A stretch of 64,000 nt of DNA from an uncultured virus (IMG/VR IMGVR_UViG_3300003815_000003) (taxonomy: Duplodnaviria > Heunggongvirae > Uroviricota > Caudoviricetes). Both the position numbers and the translations under genes were made by a program. Below are positions 9,758-19,570 of this stretch, in pieces (position 1 is the first letter of the stretch; each line of letters begins with the position of its first letter). Under the pieces are notes generated by a model, which was not told the DNA's origin, made no database searches, and saw only the letters and a program-made list of their open reading frames with translations. The stretch lies in IMG/VR virus record IMGVR_UViG_3300003815_000003; one strand, 5' to 3'.

Positions 9758-10009
9758 ATGCAAGAATTAAAATTATATTTTTTAAACCGGGTCAAATTTC
9801 TGTCTATTTTCGGTGGATTATCTGATGAAGAAGCATTGAAACTTTGGGAAAGTCCGTTAGAGTGGTGGAACCGAAACAACGATTATTCACAAAATATTTT
9901 ACGGGATAATCTGAACACATTAAACACTATCAAAGAATTGATTAGAATTCTTCGAGACAAGAATGATCCTGAATTAAATGCAATCATTAAGAAATTAATA
10001 GATGTTTAA
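9758..10009 (+). CDS. hypothetical protein (start likely ATG 9758)
   Basis: In-frame ATG just after upstream stop. Confidence 0.6.
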   Translation: MQELKLYFLNRVKFLSIFGGLSDEEALKLWESPLEWWNRNNDYSQNILRDNLNTLNTIKELIRILRDKNDPELNAIIKKLIDV

Positions 10010-10022
10010 TAAAAAATAATAT

Positions 10023-10406
10023 ATGGAAAATTATTTCATTTTTGTAGAACACCACGGATTTGATAAACTTAAATTTTATAAAATCCCATCCTCTATTCCG
10101 TATAGACAGTTAATTTCTTTAGGAGGATTTCGGAATCGGCAGCATCTCTTTATAAGGGAAACATGGTTTTACCATCTATTCCAAAATGAATATGAGGAAA
10201 TGGTGCAAGGATTTAATAAGGCTGATAAGAATCATACATTATATACATTGTATCAAAATTATTTGAGTCTTCCTATTATTGATTGTATTGATCTTTATGA
10301 TTTCTATGACAAAGTAGGATGGGATAAGAAAAAGAAGAAATTTATCAATCCTCAAAAATTATTTGCTCGCGCAGTAAATATGTATTATGAGACGTGTTAC
10401 CCCTAG
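10023..10406 (+). CDS. hypothetical protein
   Basis: ORF in operon. Confidence 0.6.
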   Translation: MENYFIFVEHHGFDKLKFYKIPSSIPYRQLISLGGFRNRQHLFIRETWFYHLFQNEYEEMVQGFNKADKNHTLYTLYQNYLSLPIIDCIDLYDFYDKVGWDKKKKKFINPQKLFARAVNMYYETCYP

Positions 10407-10689
10407 CTTTGTAGAAAATAATGAAAGAAATATTGCCATTTGGACAGAAATGCAAGTAGGCGGCATGGGCTTCGATATTATCAATGACACGAATTTTCAT
10501 ACAGGAAATTATTATGAAATAATTCCTCTTAGTACTACTGCTACAGTTGCATCTGCCACATTCTATCCAGGCTATTCAGGGAGTCCGTTACTTTCTGCTG
10601 TTCCTCTTCCTCAAGGACTTCGTTTTAAAGCAGATTTCACCGGGATTAAACTATCTTCGGGTTCAGTTGTAGGTTATTACCTGTACTAA
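10387..10689 (+). CDS. putative late/virion protein
   Basis: Beta-rich composition; TAAATA box 6 nt upstream. Confidence 0.5.
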   Translation: MRRVTPSFVENNERNIAIWTEMQVGGMGFDIINDTNFHTGNYYEIIPLSTTATVASATFYPGYSGSPLLSAVPLPQGLRFKADFTGIKLSSGSVVGYYLY

Positions 10690-10858
10690 TTTTATATAAG
10701 GAATAGAAGTATTGGGGATATTCATTACTTCCTCCACAACGTATTTTTTGAAACGGATACAAAATCCGATTTTCTTCTTGTTTAAATTGATATTTTCCTT
10801 CAAAAATATCTTCAGATTTTTCGATAAAGCCTGTTAAGTTTTCCCATTCGGTTTCCAT
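10646..10858 (-). CDS. hypothetical protein
   Basis: 70-aa ORF with protein-like composition, overlaps convergent gene. Confidence 0.4.
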   Translation of the reverse strand: METEWENLTGFIEKSEDIFEGKYQFKQEENRILYPFQKIRCGGSNEYPQYFYSLYKISTGNNLQLNPKIV

Positions 10859-10904
10859 TTACATAATTTAGCATCTTGCCGAGCCAAAGTAAATAGTAAT
10901 AATA

Positions 10905-12014
10905 ATGGCGAATCAAGAAATTAAAATCTCTGCACTTTCTGCGAATAATAATTTAAATCAACAACACTCTTATTTTGTGATGTTGGATACTGGAAACACT
11001 ACGCAAAGTGTTAGTGGTTCAACCATGAAAACTCCTGGTAGTGCTCTATCTACAATGGTTTGGAGTAATTCTAGTCATTATGGATTAGATAGTTTAAAAG
11101 AAGTAACTAATGTTGTACAGACCTATAGTGGAAATACAAATCTCATTAGAAATGACATTTGGGGTTATCCTAATGATGCAGTGCGGATGACTCCTTATGA
11201 ATGGGGTCAAGCTATTATAATGGCATCCAGTTCTAATAGCATTGTTAGATGGCATGCAAGAGAATCTTCATATGGAAACACTAATATATTAGGTGTTATT
11301 AATATTGTTACGGATGGATATACTTGGGTAACATATAATATAGGTCCACAAGAATATCCATTGCCTACTGGTTATCATTATTATGTTTATGCCGACAATA
11401 GTGATTATTCAGGATATGTATATGCTACCGATTCTGATATTTCTACTATTACGTTACGTTATAGTAGTGCTCCTCCTAGCGAGTTTTCCGGGGGAGGATA
11501 TATTAGTGTTCCTTCATTATACAATCAAGTTCAAGCACAATCTAATGGTGTTTATATCAAAGCAGCTAACTGGACAGAAACACCAACATATAGCTATAAT
11601 TGGTTGTTTGGCACGGATGGAACATTCAAGGTTCCTGCTCCTGGTATTATTGATCATAACAATAAACCAATTGGAAAAAGGACTTCCACTGTTTATGAAA
11701 ACATAAACGAATCAGGAAATATTGGAGTAGATGCATCATCTTATGATGAATATGTCATTCCTTTGAGTGCATCGGGATTATCGGCTAATTTTCTTCCTCC
11801 TTCTAATGCATATGATTCACAAATAATTATGTGGAATATTCGGTATTTACATAATACGGATTCTGTAACTCTTGATTCACATTTCAGAGTACCAATGACG
11901 ACCTTAAATTGGTCATTATCGGCAGGGCGAATGGATATTTTTGCGGCTAAGTATAATGGGCCTGATAATAAATGGGATGTAATTAGTTTTGCTCCTGGAT
12001 ATATTATTTTTTAA
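10905..12014 (+). CDS. putative tail fibre / virion structural protein
   Basis: N-terminal IKISAL motif typical of fibre attachment domains; S/N/Y/T-rich; TAAATA box upstream. Confidence 0.55.
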   Translation: MANQEIKISALSANNNLNQQHSYFVMLDTGNTTQSVSGSTMKTPGSALSTMVWSNSSHYGLDSLKEVTNVVQTYSGNTNLIRNDIWGYPNDAVRMTPYEWGQAIIMASSSNSIVRWHARESSYGNTNILGVINIVTDGYTWVTYNIGPQEYPLPTGYHYYVYADNSDYSGYVYATDSDISTITLRYSSAPPSEFSGGGYISVPSLYNQVQAQSNGVYIKAANWTETPTYSYNWLFGTDGTFKVPAPGIIDHNNKPIGKRTSTVYENINESGNIGVDASSYDEYVIPLSASGLSANFLPPSNAYDSQIIMWNIRYLHNTDSVTLDSHFRVPMTTLNWSLSAGRMDIFAAKYNGPDNKWDVISFAPGYIIF

Positions 12015-12018
12015 TTAA

Positions 12019-13515
12019 ATGGCAGATTTTTATTTTTATAATAATGGAAGCGGTGACACTGATTGGAACAATCCCAACAATTGGTGGCTGGATAGAGCTT
12101 ATAGTAATCCAGTGGGAAGTGTTCCTACCCCTTCTTCCGGGCAACTAGTCGAAATTGATTCTAATTTAGATACCAATATTCCAAATTGGACGTTTGATGT
12201 ATATATCGGCGTTGCATACGTTACTTTAACATTAGATGTTGGAAGTTTTGGTACAGTAACTTTGGGAGCTAATTCGGTGCTAACAATTCAGAGCGGAACG
12301 CTTACATTAGGCGGTAATCTTTCTAATGGGGGAACCATAGATTTAATTGGAGGGAATATTAGTATTCTAGAAGGTAGTATTAGTAATACATATAGTATCA
12401 ATATATCTGTAGGAACAACACTATTGAATTATGGAGGAATATTAGATAATAGTGCAGGTTATCTGGTTAACTACGGAACCTTTAATAATTCAGGATTTTT
12501 TGCACAAGGCAACTTTTTTAATTATGGAACATATATTAACAACTATTATTATTACAATAATTTAGGAGAAACCGGTTGGAATGCGGGAAACTCTTGGTGG
12601 TTCGACCCTTCTTATAGTTTTCCAGTTGATGAAGTTCCTACTTTTATTCCAAATCAAGATGTTGCTAACATATATTCTAATATTGATACCAATATTCCAC
12701 AAACATTAAATATTCCTGTCAATCTTTATGCAAATTTTACTATAGACACTAGCTTATGTTATATTTCTAGTGTTATTAATGTTTATAACTATAGTTTATT
12801 CATTATAAACAATTATGTGAATAATACAGGAACTATTAATTTATATAATTATTCTCAATTACAAAATTTTAGTCTTATAGAAAACAATAATAGTTTAATT
12901 GTTAATAACAATGGAACTTTTACTAATAATGGTAAGCTACAAAATAATCAATCAATACAGATATTAGATAATGGAACATTGACGAGCACGTCAGGATATT
13001 TTAATAATCTCGGTGTATTTTCTATATCTTGGGGAGCATTAATTTATATAGATCAAACAAAATATTTAGGAAATTTATTTTGTAATGGCGTATTTTCGGC
13101 ATCATACATTTTTTATGACAATACTCTACAACAAGAGATTGCTTCCTTGGATTATGTGTCATATAATCCAGGTATATTTCTTAATATAGTTGCTCCTAGT
13201 ACTTTAGGTAGTACCATATGTCCCATTATTAATTATAGTGCCTTAACATATACAGGGGATCAAGTGTTTTATCCTTTGATTAATAATGGTACTTTAACTA
13301 CAACTAATACAGTGAATTTAAATCAACCGTTCACTAACAATGGTTCTGTTATCAACAACGGTTCTCTTACAATATCCAGCACATTTACTACAGTGCCCTC
13401 TGCAACCCTTATTAATAATGGAACATTTGCTTATGGAAGTTATACAACAAATTTTAAAGGACCGATTTATCCACAAGTTCCTTCTTCTGCATCATGGGGG
13501 AATATTTTCATCTAA
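12019..13515 (+). CDS. putative tail fibre/adhesin, Asn/Gly/Thr-rich beta-helix
   Basis: Repeated NNGT/NYGT units; two copies of YxYNN..G.T.WN..N.WW.D..YS.PV..VPT. Confidence 0.6.
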   Translation: MADFYFYNNGSGDTDWNNPNNWWLDRAYSNPVGSVPTPSSGQLVEIDSNLDTNIPNWTFDVYIGVAYVTLTLDVGSFGTVTLGANSVLTIQSGTLTLGGNLSNGGTIDLIGGNISILEGSISNTYSINISVGTTLLNYGGILDNSAGYLVNYGTFNNSGFFAQGNFFNYGTYINNYYYYNNLGETGWNAGNSWWFDPSYSFPVDEVPTFIPNQDVANIYSNIDTNIPQTLNIPVNLYANFTIDTSLCYISSVINVYNYSLFIINNYVNNTGTINLYNYSQLQNFSLIENNNSLIVNNNGTFTNNGKLQNNQSIQILDNGTLTSTSGYFNNLGVFSISWGALIYIDQTKYLGNLFCNGVFSASYIFYDNTLQQEIASLDYVSYNPGIFLNIVAPSTLGSTICPIINYSALTYTGDQVFYPLINNGTLTTTNTVNLNQPFTNNGSVINNGSLTISSTFTTVPSATLINNGTFAYGSYTTNFKGPIYPQVPSSASWGNIFI

Positions 13516-13550
13516 AAGTTAAAACGAAATGATAAATAGATACTAAGATC

Positions 13551-13826
13551 ATGGCTCAAATTACTTCTTCAACTCCTATCAGTGCTGCTCCTTTTAATCA
13601 ATATTGGGTTCAGTCTTTAAACATCAATGGTTCTCCTGCCGGTAAAACAACTGCAACTGTTATGCTTAAACCCTTCAATGGTACATTAACTCTTGATTCT
13701 TTCAAGGTTCTAAACATTCCTGATGTATTTGGGCTTGCTGCCACTGATCCAACTTTTGCTGCCGTAGTTACTAGCTTAATCAACGAAATTGAACGTCAGG
13801 CAAAACTTAAAGGTGTAATTTCTTAA
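13551..13826 (+). CDS. putative small late/virion protein
   Basis: TAAATA box upstream; A/T/S-rich. Confidence 0.55.
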   Translation: MAQITSSTPISAAPFNQYWVQSLNINGSPAGKTTATVMLKPFNGTLTLDSFKVLNIPDVFGLAATDPTFAAVVTSLINEIERQAKLKGVIS

Positions 13827-14083
13827 ACAGCAACAGGCATTGTTACTTTGCCCAAAGATTGATAGTTTTCTAAAATAGAATCAGAATATTGCCAATCAAA
13901 AATGTTAGTAAAATTCGGAGTTTGAATTCGTGGTAATTCAAACTCCGTTTTTCTTTTTAAGATTTCTTCAACTCCATCCAATTGATTTTCATAGATATGA
14001 ACATTGGAAAGAAATCCGGTTAACATACCTTCTTCCAGGCATGATTCTTTTGCAAGAATATTTCATTTATTAAAGGGAATACC
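13823..14083 (-). pseudogene. thyA: thymidylate synthase ThyA 3' remnant
   Basis: In-frame GIPFN-K-stop-N-ILAKESCLEEGMLTGFLSNVHIYENQ...KVTMPVAV matches the ThyA C-terminus (GLPFN...HxYxN...PVAI); about 6 codons missing after PFN; N-terminal portion with catalytic Cys absent. Confidence 0.85.
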
Positions 14084-14095
14084 ATAAATATAATC

Positions 14096-14860
14096 ATGGA
14101 CAAGATAAAAGGAATATATGCAATAGTTAATATAGTAAATCATAAAAAATACATAGGTAGTTCGAAAAATATTAAGAAAAGATGGACTTCGCACAAAACT
14201 CGCCTCAATAGTAATATACATCATTCGGATTTCATGCAAAGAGCATGGAACAAATACGGTAAAGACAATTTCAAGTTAACGATATTGGAAGTTTTAGATG
14301 TAGAAAGTAGTGCTAATGATTTGTTTGCTAAAGAACAAGAATGGATTAATAAGTTAAATCCAGAATATAATGTAGGATCAGTTGGCGGGGGAGATAATTT
14401 GACTAATCATCCTCGTCGAGAGGAAATTATTGAAAAAATAACTAAATCTTCTCAAGAAAGAATGGATAATATGACCGAAGAGGATAAAGAGAAAATGCGT
14501 CAAAATTCTTTAGGTGATAAAAATCCTAATTGGAGAGGTGGAATATCAAAGATTAAAGGAGCATGTGTGGATTGCGGAACAGAAATTTGGAAAGATCGTA
14601 TAAGATGTGTTCTATGTTCAAAAAAAGGAACAAATAACCCTTTTTTCGGAAAACAGCATTCTGAAGAAACAAAAAAGAAAATGACAGATTCCCATAAAGG
14701 TAAACCTAATATTGCACAACGTAAAGCAATTATTATAGATGGTGTATATTACGCATCATATAATGATGCAGCGTTAGCATTAGGAGTAACGGGTGCTATG
14801 ATTACATATAGAGTGAAAAAGAATACACCTGGTTATATAACCGTTCCCAATAAGTCATAA
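14096..14860 (+). CDS. free-standing GIY-YIG homing endonuclease, I-TevI-like
   Basis: GIYAIVN..KKYIGSS, GDNLTNHPRREEII, CxxC...CxxC Zn finger, NUMOD3 NPFFGKQHSEETK, C-terminal IIDGVYYAS..AA...ITYRVK helix-turn-helix. Confidence 0.92.
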   Translation: MDKIKGIYAIVNIVNHKKYIGSSKNIKKRWTSHKTRLNSNIHHSDFMQRAWNKYGKDNFKLTILEVLDVESSANDLFAKEQEWINKLNPEYNVGSVGGGDNLTNHPRREEIIEKITKSSQERMDNMTEEDKEKMRQNSLGDKNPNWRGGISKIKGACVDCGTEIWKDRIRCVLCSKKGTNNPFFGKQHSEETKKKMTDSHKGKPNIAQRKAIIIDGVYYASYNDAALALGVTGAMITYRVKKNTPGYITVPNKS

Positions 14861-15541
14861 TTTAAATGCTTCGATGCTATATTGAAACGGGTTTCCATTA
14901 ATCTGCTTAACAAGATTAAGCATTTCTTCAGCAATTTCCCTAATTTCTAATTGGGCATCTAATTTATTACGTAATCCTTGAAAATGTATAAATGATCGCC
15001 AGTTAAACATTACGTCAATTTGTATTTGACTGTTATATGTTTTGAAAAAACGAGCTGATTCTTTTGCACGTTTTCGCCCTATTACAGGTTCTAAATCTTT
15101 TAATGCTGAATGATATAATCTATTACTTAATTCAGTGTATTCTTGAAGAAGAGTTGCCCAGTCCTTATTTTCAAAAGTATCATTGGTGGTATCATCTGAA
15201 TTTATATGAAAATATGACGATGATTGAACATTTTTCCAATCATTAGGAATATAGAATTTATCTTCTTTCAATTCTTTATATCTAGCACTTTCGCCATTTA
15301 TAGAAACTCCGATTCTATGTTTAAGAAAATGAATATGAGAAGCAATATCGCTATCTACAAGAAAATGTAAAGAACTCTTTTCAAAAGGAGTATGATGCCC
15401 TTTTTCCGCTAACATTTTTAAAATAGCAGGGATTCTTTCCTTTTTTTCATTTGTTAAATTACGTGTAGTACTAGTCCATGCCGAACAAGCATGACTTTCA
15501 TCCCCGCCATAATACCCAATTAATTCTACTTTATTATTCAT
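14855..15541 (-). CDS. thyX: flavin-dependent thymidylate synthase ThyX
   Basis: GHHTPFE, KHRIGVSINGESARY (RHR-x-S motif variant), NWRSFIHF..LR...AQLEIR. Confidence 0.9.
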   Translation of the reverse strand: MNNKVELIGYYGGDESHACSAWTSTTRNLTNEKKERIPAILKMLAEKGHHTPFEKSSLHFLVDSDIASHIHFLKHRIGVSINGESARYKELKEDKFYIPNDWKNVQSSSYFHINSDDTTNDTFENKDWATLLQEYTELSNRLYHSALKDLEPVIGRKRAKESARFFKTYNSQIQIDVMFNWRSFIHFQGLRNKLDAQLEIREIAEEMLNLVKQINGNPFQYSIEAFKL

Positions 15542-15744
15542 TTGTTATTTTTCTGTCTTACTTTTTCTCGATGAAGATTGAAACATTCTGCGCATCTCCA
15601 ATTACGAATACCATTATAAGGCAAGGTATCCTTGTTTTCAACAACTACATGAAAAGGAGGTTTTTTATGACACGGTTCTTCATTTGGAAGAATACCTGAT
15701 CCTACACAAATTTTCCAAACCTCTTTCATAATATTATCCTTCAC
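15538..15744 (-). CDS. small hypothetical protein
   Basis: ATGA-coupled ORF. Confidence 0.5.
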   Translation of the reverse strand: MKDNIMKEVWKICVGSGILPNEEPCHKKPPFHVVVENKDTLPYNGIRNWRCAECFNLHREKVRQKNNK

Positions 15745-15946
15745 ACTTCTTAATAGTTATTTTACAATGTTCGCACCATGAACACCCACATTTCATACAC
15801 TCTGGCCCATTATGGGGTTCTACATATAGGCGGAACATATCGATACCTTCCCCATATTCCGGGTCTTTTTTATAAAGAACATGCCCCACTTTTTCTAGTT
15901 CAGAAATAAAATCAAGACGTGATTGGTCAAATGTACTCCAACTCAT
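15734..15946 (-). CDS. small Cys-rich hypothetical protein
   Basis: CMKCGCSWCEHC. Confidence 0.55.
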   Translation of the reverse strand: MSWSTFDQSRLDFISELEKVGHVLYKKDPEYGEGIDMFRLYVEPHNGPECMKCGCSWCEHCKITIKKCEG

Positions 15947-16133
15947 AATATTATCCTCTTACGTATCTCCCTTTACCATTCTCTTGCATCTGATAGATAG
16001 CAATTCCACCATAATAAGGAACTTCATGAAACTCGCTATTATCATCTGCATCAATATGGATTTCTGCACCACATAATGGACCACCAACTAGTTCTACAGG
16101 TATTAACGTTGCATTCATTATTTTTTTTATTAA

Positions 16134-16409
16134 TTATTCGTAGTCTGATTCATCGTCGCCGTTTTCTTCTTTTTCGTCAAAAACGAACAAGGCACATTCG
16201 TCTATAAAGTTATTCCAGTCAACTTCTTTTTGAAATCTAACAGGAATAGTTTCTAGTAATTCTTCTTTAATATCATCTAAAGTGAAATCACTTTCTTTTT
16301 CTAATTCTTTAGCACGTCTAGCAATCTTACTAAGCGCACTATCAGTAATAGCTAAATCCGCATCTTCTGCAAAAGTTTCAAATTGTGTTTTATATTCTTC
16401 TAAAGTCAT
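16134..16409 (-). CDS. acidic hypothetical protein
   Basis: ORF; TAAATA box 10 nt upstream. Confidence 0.6.
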   Translation of the reverse strand: MTLEEYKTQFETFAEDADLAITDSALSKIARRAKELEKESDFTLDDIKEELLETIPVRFQKEVDWNNFIDECALFVFDEKEENGDDESDYE

Positions 16410-16438
16410 AATTAATTTTTATTTAGTAGAAACGAAAG

Positions 16439-16478
16439 AAAAGGGAAAATGAAATAACCTTTTCATTTTCCCTTTTTT
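16439..16478. terminator. intrinsic terminator hairpin
   Basis: AAAAGGGAAAATGAAA-TAACCT-TTTCATTTTCCCTTTT. Confidence 0.75.
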
Positions 16479-16482
16479 AGAA

Positions 16483-16899
16483 TTAAGCAACAATTACTAA
16501 TTCTTCTTCATCTTCCATAACTGATCCAGTTTGAACCTGTTCTGTTTCCTCATTAGAATTAGTTTCTACGGGCGCAATAGCATTTTCTGCTACGTTGATA
16601 CTCATATCAGTTTCAACAGGCTTAGAAACGGCTTTAATTGGCTTAGAACGCAATGCTCGTAATGCATTAGCAATATTGGGATGAAGGTTATATTTCTCCA
16701 TTGCAGAAGCAACTGTTTCTTTATCAAAGACAAGTTTGTTACGGCCTCCTTGACCGACATAACTGGCTTTTAGTTCTTCTGCTGTTACGTTGTAACGGGT
16801 TTGAAGTTCGCGAAATTGTTTAGGATTGGTATGAAGGGGTTCGCCTGTTACAGCATCCTTTAGTTCATAATTATTTTCTGGATTTTTTGGACGACTCAT
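16483..16899 (-). CDS. hypothetical protein with acidic tail
   Basis: ORF with own TTGACA-N16-TAAGAT promoter (16983-16956, minus). Confidence 0.65.
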   Translation of the reverse strand: MSRPKNPENNYELKDAVTGEPLHTNPKQFRELQTRYNVTAEELKASYVGQGGRNKLVFDKETVASAMEKYNLHPNIANALRALRSKPIKAVSKPVETDMSINVAENAIAPVETNSNEETEQVQTGSVMEDEEELVIVA

Positions 16900-16991
16900 A
16901 TATTTTTGTTTTCTATTATTTTATTGTTATTAAACTTCCGTTTTGGAATTACTGCATCTTAATGCATTATTTTTCATTGTCAAACGATATT

Positions 16992-17804
16992 TTAAATATA
17001 TTTGGTTACGTCTGCTGCATCTTCAATATTAAATTCGCCATAATACTCTCTTGCATCTCTTAATACGAAATTAACAAAATCTAAATGATATTTTCTATAT
17101 TCTGTTTGTGGTAATTCTTTTAAGAATTTCAATTTTTCAAATATCTGCTGTTCTTCACTATATTCTTTTAAAGAACTTTCATAGTTTTCCCAAGATGCTT
17201 TTCCGTCTTTTTGAAATTCCACGGGAAGGGAAGACCATTCATAAGCAGGTTTTACTGGCGGATTTTCCTTATAATTTCTACGTATTGACATATCATTAAC
17301 AAAATGAATACACCAATTAACTAATTCTGTATAAGATTTTATGGAAAAATACTCAATTCCGTAATGATGTTTATAAAGAATAATTTTATTTAATGTTTTA
17401 TAATTTAATTCTTCTGACCATCCACCTGTTATATGTTCTATTAAGAGTGTTAATGCCTGCGCTTTATTTACCGTAGAATATGAAGCAACACAATCGTTTA
17501 AAATTTCTTGGGCATCTGCTTTATCTCTTACCAAATAAAGCATTTTATAGCTAGATGATCCTTCGATTCGGACAAAAATGCCCCATCCAAAACCACTATA
17601 AGGTGTTCCTATTTTAAATTTATAGCCTTTTTCTGCTATTTCATCTTTTTCTTTCTGCCAGTCATGGGCAGACCAACTATAGATAAATTTCTGTCCACTT
17701 GGACTTTCCCATTTATATTGTCCTTCGTTGATTTGTTTATAGTTCCTGGAAAGAAGAAAGTTTTCTTCTTGCTTTGTTTTTTCAAGTTCAGCTTGTTCAG
17801 TCAT
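16992..17804 (-). CDS. hypothetical protein
   Basis: 270-aa ORF; TTGACA on minus strand at 17838-17833. Confidence 0.7.
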   Translation of the reverse strand: MTEQAELEKTKQEENFLLSRNYKQINEGQYKWESPSGQKFIYSWSAHDWQKEKDEIAEKGYKFKIGTPYSGFGWGIFVRIEGSSSYKMLYLVRDKADAQEILNDCVASYSTVNKAQALTLLIEHITGGWSEELNYKTLNKIILYKHHYGIEYFSIKSYTELVNWCIHFVNDMSIRRNYKENPPVKPAYEWSSLPVEFQKDGKASWENYESSLKEYSEEQQIFEKLKFLKELPQTEYRKYHLDFVNFVLRDAREYYGEFNIEDAADVTKYI

Positions 17805-17832
17805 ATTGGTATTATCGCAAAAACTTTTCTTT

Positions 17833-17881
17833 TGTCAACTGAAAAATTTCTCTTGCAATGGGAAGTTTTTACCGTTATCCT
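17833..17881. promoter_or_regulatory. divergent sigma70-type promoters
   Basis: Minus TTGACA at 17838-17833; plus TTGCAA(17853)-N17-TATCCT(17876); gene orientation switches here. Confidence 0.6.
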
Positions 17882-17950
17882 GTCGGTCTTCCGGCGCTTC
17901 CAAAACAATTCAAACCAAAAATTAAATGAATATAACAATATATAAATTAT

Positions 17951-18247
17951 ATGAAAACTAATAATATATTTAATAAAGGTGATAGTGTTCAATCTTTATA
18001 TAGAGCACATTGGCACGGAATTGTATTAGGTGTAAATCATTGGTCAACCTACGAAAATAAATATTATCCTTGTTATGACGTTCTGGCATTAGAATCTGTG
18101 GATGGAAGGAAACATAGAAAACCACAAATTCATGTCTTATCAGAAAAATGGTTAATCACCTCTCCTAGAAAATGCAATATTCCTGAAAATTATAAAAATT
18201 ATAAGATAATATATCCTACAGAAATATACGAAACTTTATTCCAATGA
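17951..18247 (+). CDS. hypothetical protein
   Basis: First ORF of plus-strand block. Confidence 0.6.
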   Translation: MKTNNIFNKGDSVQSLYRAHWHGIVLGVNHWSTYENKYYPCYDVLALESVDGRKHRKPQIHVLSEKWLITSPRKCNIPENYKNYKIIYPTEIYETLFQ

Positions 18248-18681
18248 ATATACAAATACATAAATTTAAAACTATTACAGAATTATTATTGTATACTTTT
18301 GATTATAATGAATATAGTAACACTTTTACATATTCGGGATTTCAAATTTCACGAAGAAATGACATTTATGATGTTTGGGGCCATAAATGGTTAAAACATT
18401 TTGCTAAACAAAAACTTAAAGAAGAACAAGAATATGAAGCAAAATTTGACTATTATCCTGATGGATATGATTATAATCCGTTAGATGAAGGATATAATGT
18501 CATTGCGAAAAAATATAATCCATTTTTGAATAAAACAAATACTGGAAAACCTTATTTGGAAGGCATAGCTTCATATAATACTAAGCATCTCCCTGTTCCA
18601 GAATTTACCAAAGAAGAATTATTGGAACAATTGAAGAAAGCAGTTGCAATGAAATTAAAAACTGCTACTTTACGGCTATGA
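18244..18681 (+). CDS. hypothetical protein
   Basis: ATGA-coupled ORF. Confidence 0.6.
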   Translation: MNIQIHKFKTITELLLYTFDYNEYSNTFTYSGFQISRRNDIYDVWGHKWLKHFAKQKLKEEQEYEAKFDYYPDGYDYNPLDEGYNVIAKKYNPFLNKTNTGKPYLEGIASYNTKHLPVPEFTKEELLEQLKKAVAMKLKTATLRL

Positions 18682-19130
18682 CACTACAATTAGAAATTAA
18701 CAAACAAATTAAACAAGCAATGATTGCCAAAGATCAATCCCGTGTTGATGTTCTTCGACAAGTCAAAACAGCAATCACCAATGCTGCGCTTGCTTCCGGT
18801 AATGCAAGTAACACTCTTACTGATAATGAAGTAATTGGAATTATTCGTAAGCAAATTAAACAAAGAGAAGATTCTTCCGAACAATTTTTTAAAGGCAATC
18901 GTCTTGAACTTGTTGAAAAAGAACAATTAGAAATTAACATTCTGAAACAATATCTTCCCAGTGAATTATCTCAAGAAGAATTTGATAATTTGATTCAACT
19001 TGCTATTGCTGAAACCAATGCAATTACTAAGAAAGATATGGGAAAGGCTATTAAGCGGGCCGTTGAATTGGCAGAAGGACGAATTGACAATAAGAGTATT
19101 TCTCAAGAAATCGCAAAATATTTAAAATAA
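18678..19130 (+). CDS. GatB/YqeY domain protein
   Basis: KQAMIAKD..R..VLR, IRKQIKQREDS..F..GNR.EL..KE..E..IL..YLP, KDMGK. Confidence 0.9.
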   Translation: MTLQLEINKQIKQAMIAKDQSRVDVLRQVKTAITNAALASGNASNTLTDNEVIGIIRKQIKQREDSSEQFFKGNRLELVEKEQLEINILKQYLPSELSQEEFDNLIQLAIAETNAITKKDMGKAIKRAVELAEGRIDNKSISQEIAKYLK

Positions 19131-19135
19131 TACAG

Positions 19136-19570
19136 ATGACACTTAAATCTCTCATTGAACAATATCTAGCAACTGATTCTATTCGATTATCCGAATCTTT
19201 GGAAAATCAAATTATTTCTCTTATTGATGAACATGTTAAGCAACAATTTGAGATTTATAAGAAATGGGACATGCTCGTTGGAGATACTGATTATGATGGT
19301 TACGATTCCGAAAAAGGAACGTGGATATTTAAAACTTGTTTACCAGATGAAGTTTATCTAGAACATATTGTCTATTATGGAGCATGTGGTTGTGAAGGAT
19401 TTTCTAAATATTTCAAATATAATGAAATTGATAATTTTGATTGGAAAGCATTTGAAGAAAAAGTCAAAGCTAATTGCATTAAACAATTGACCGCCCAACA
19501 TAAAAGCCTTATAGATAAAGCGGATAAAATCTCTAAACAAATAGAAGAATTACAAAAGAATGAAACCTGA
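19136..19570 (+). CDS. hypothetical protein
   Basis: ORF in operon. Confidence 0.6.
   Translation: MTLKSLIEQYLATDSIRLSESLENQIISLIDEHVKQQFEIYKKWDMLVGDTDYDGYDSEKGTWIFKTCLPDEVYLEHIVYYGACGCEGFSKYFKYNEIDNFDWKAFEEKVKANCIKQLTAQHKSLIDKADKISKQIEELQKNET

Noticed and set aside
10905..13515. Diversity-generating retroelement target
   Set aside because: No reverse transcriptase or adenine-specific TR/VR repeat pair visible in this window
13823..14026. Functional 67-aa protein
   Set aside because: It is the C-terminal fragment of ThyA lacking the catalytic region; treated as a pseudogene
14027..14860. Group I intron in thyA carrying the endonuclease
   Set aside because: Endonuclease is antisense to thyA, there is no space for intron core helices, no upstream thyA exon exists, and thyX abuts directly
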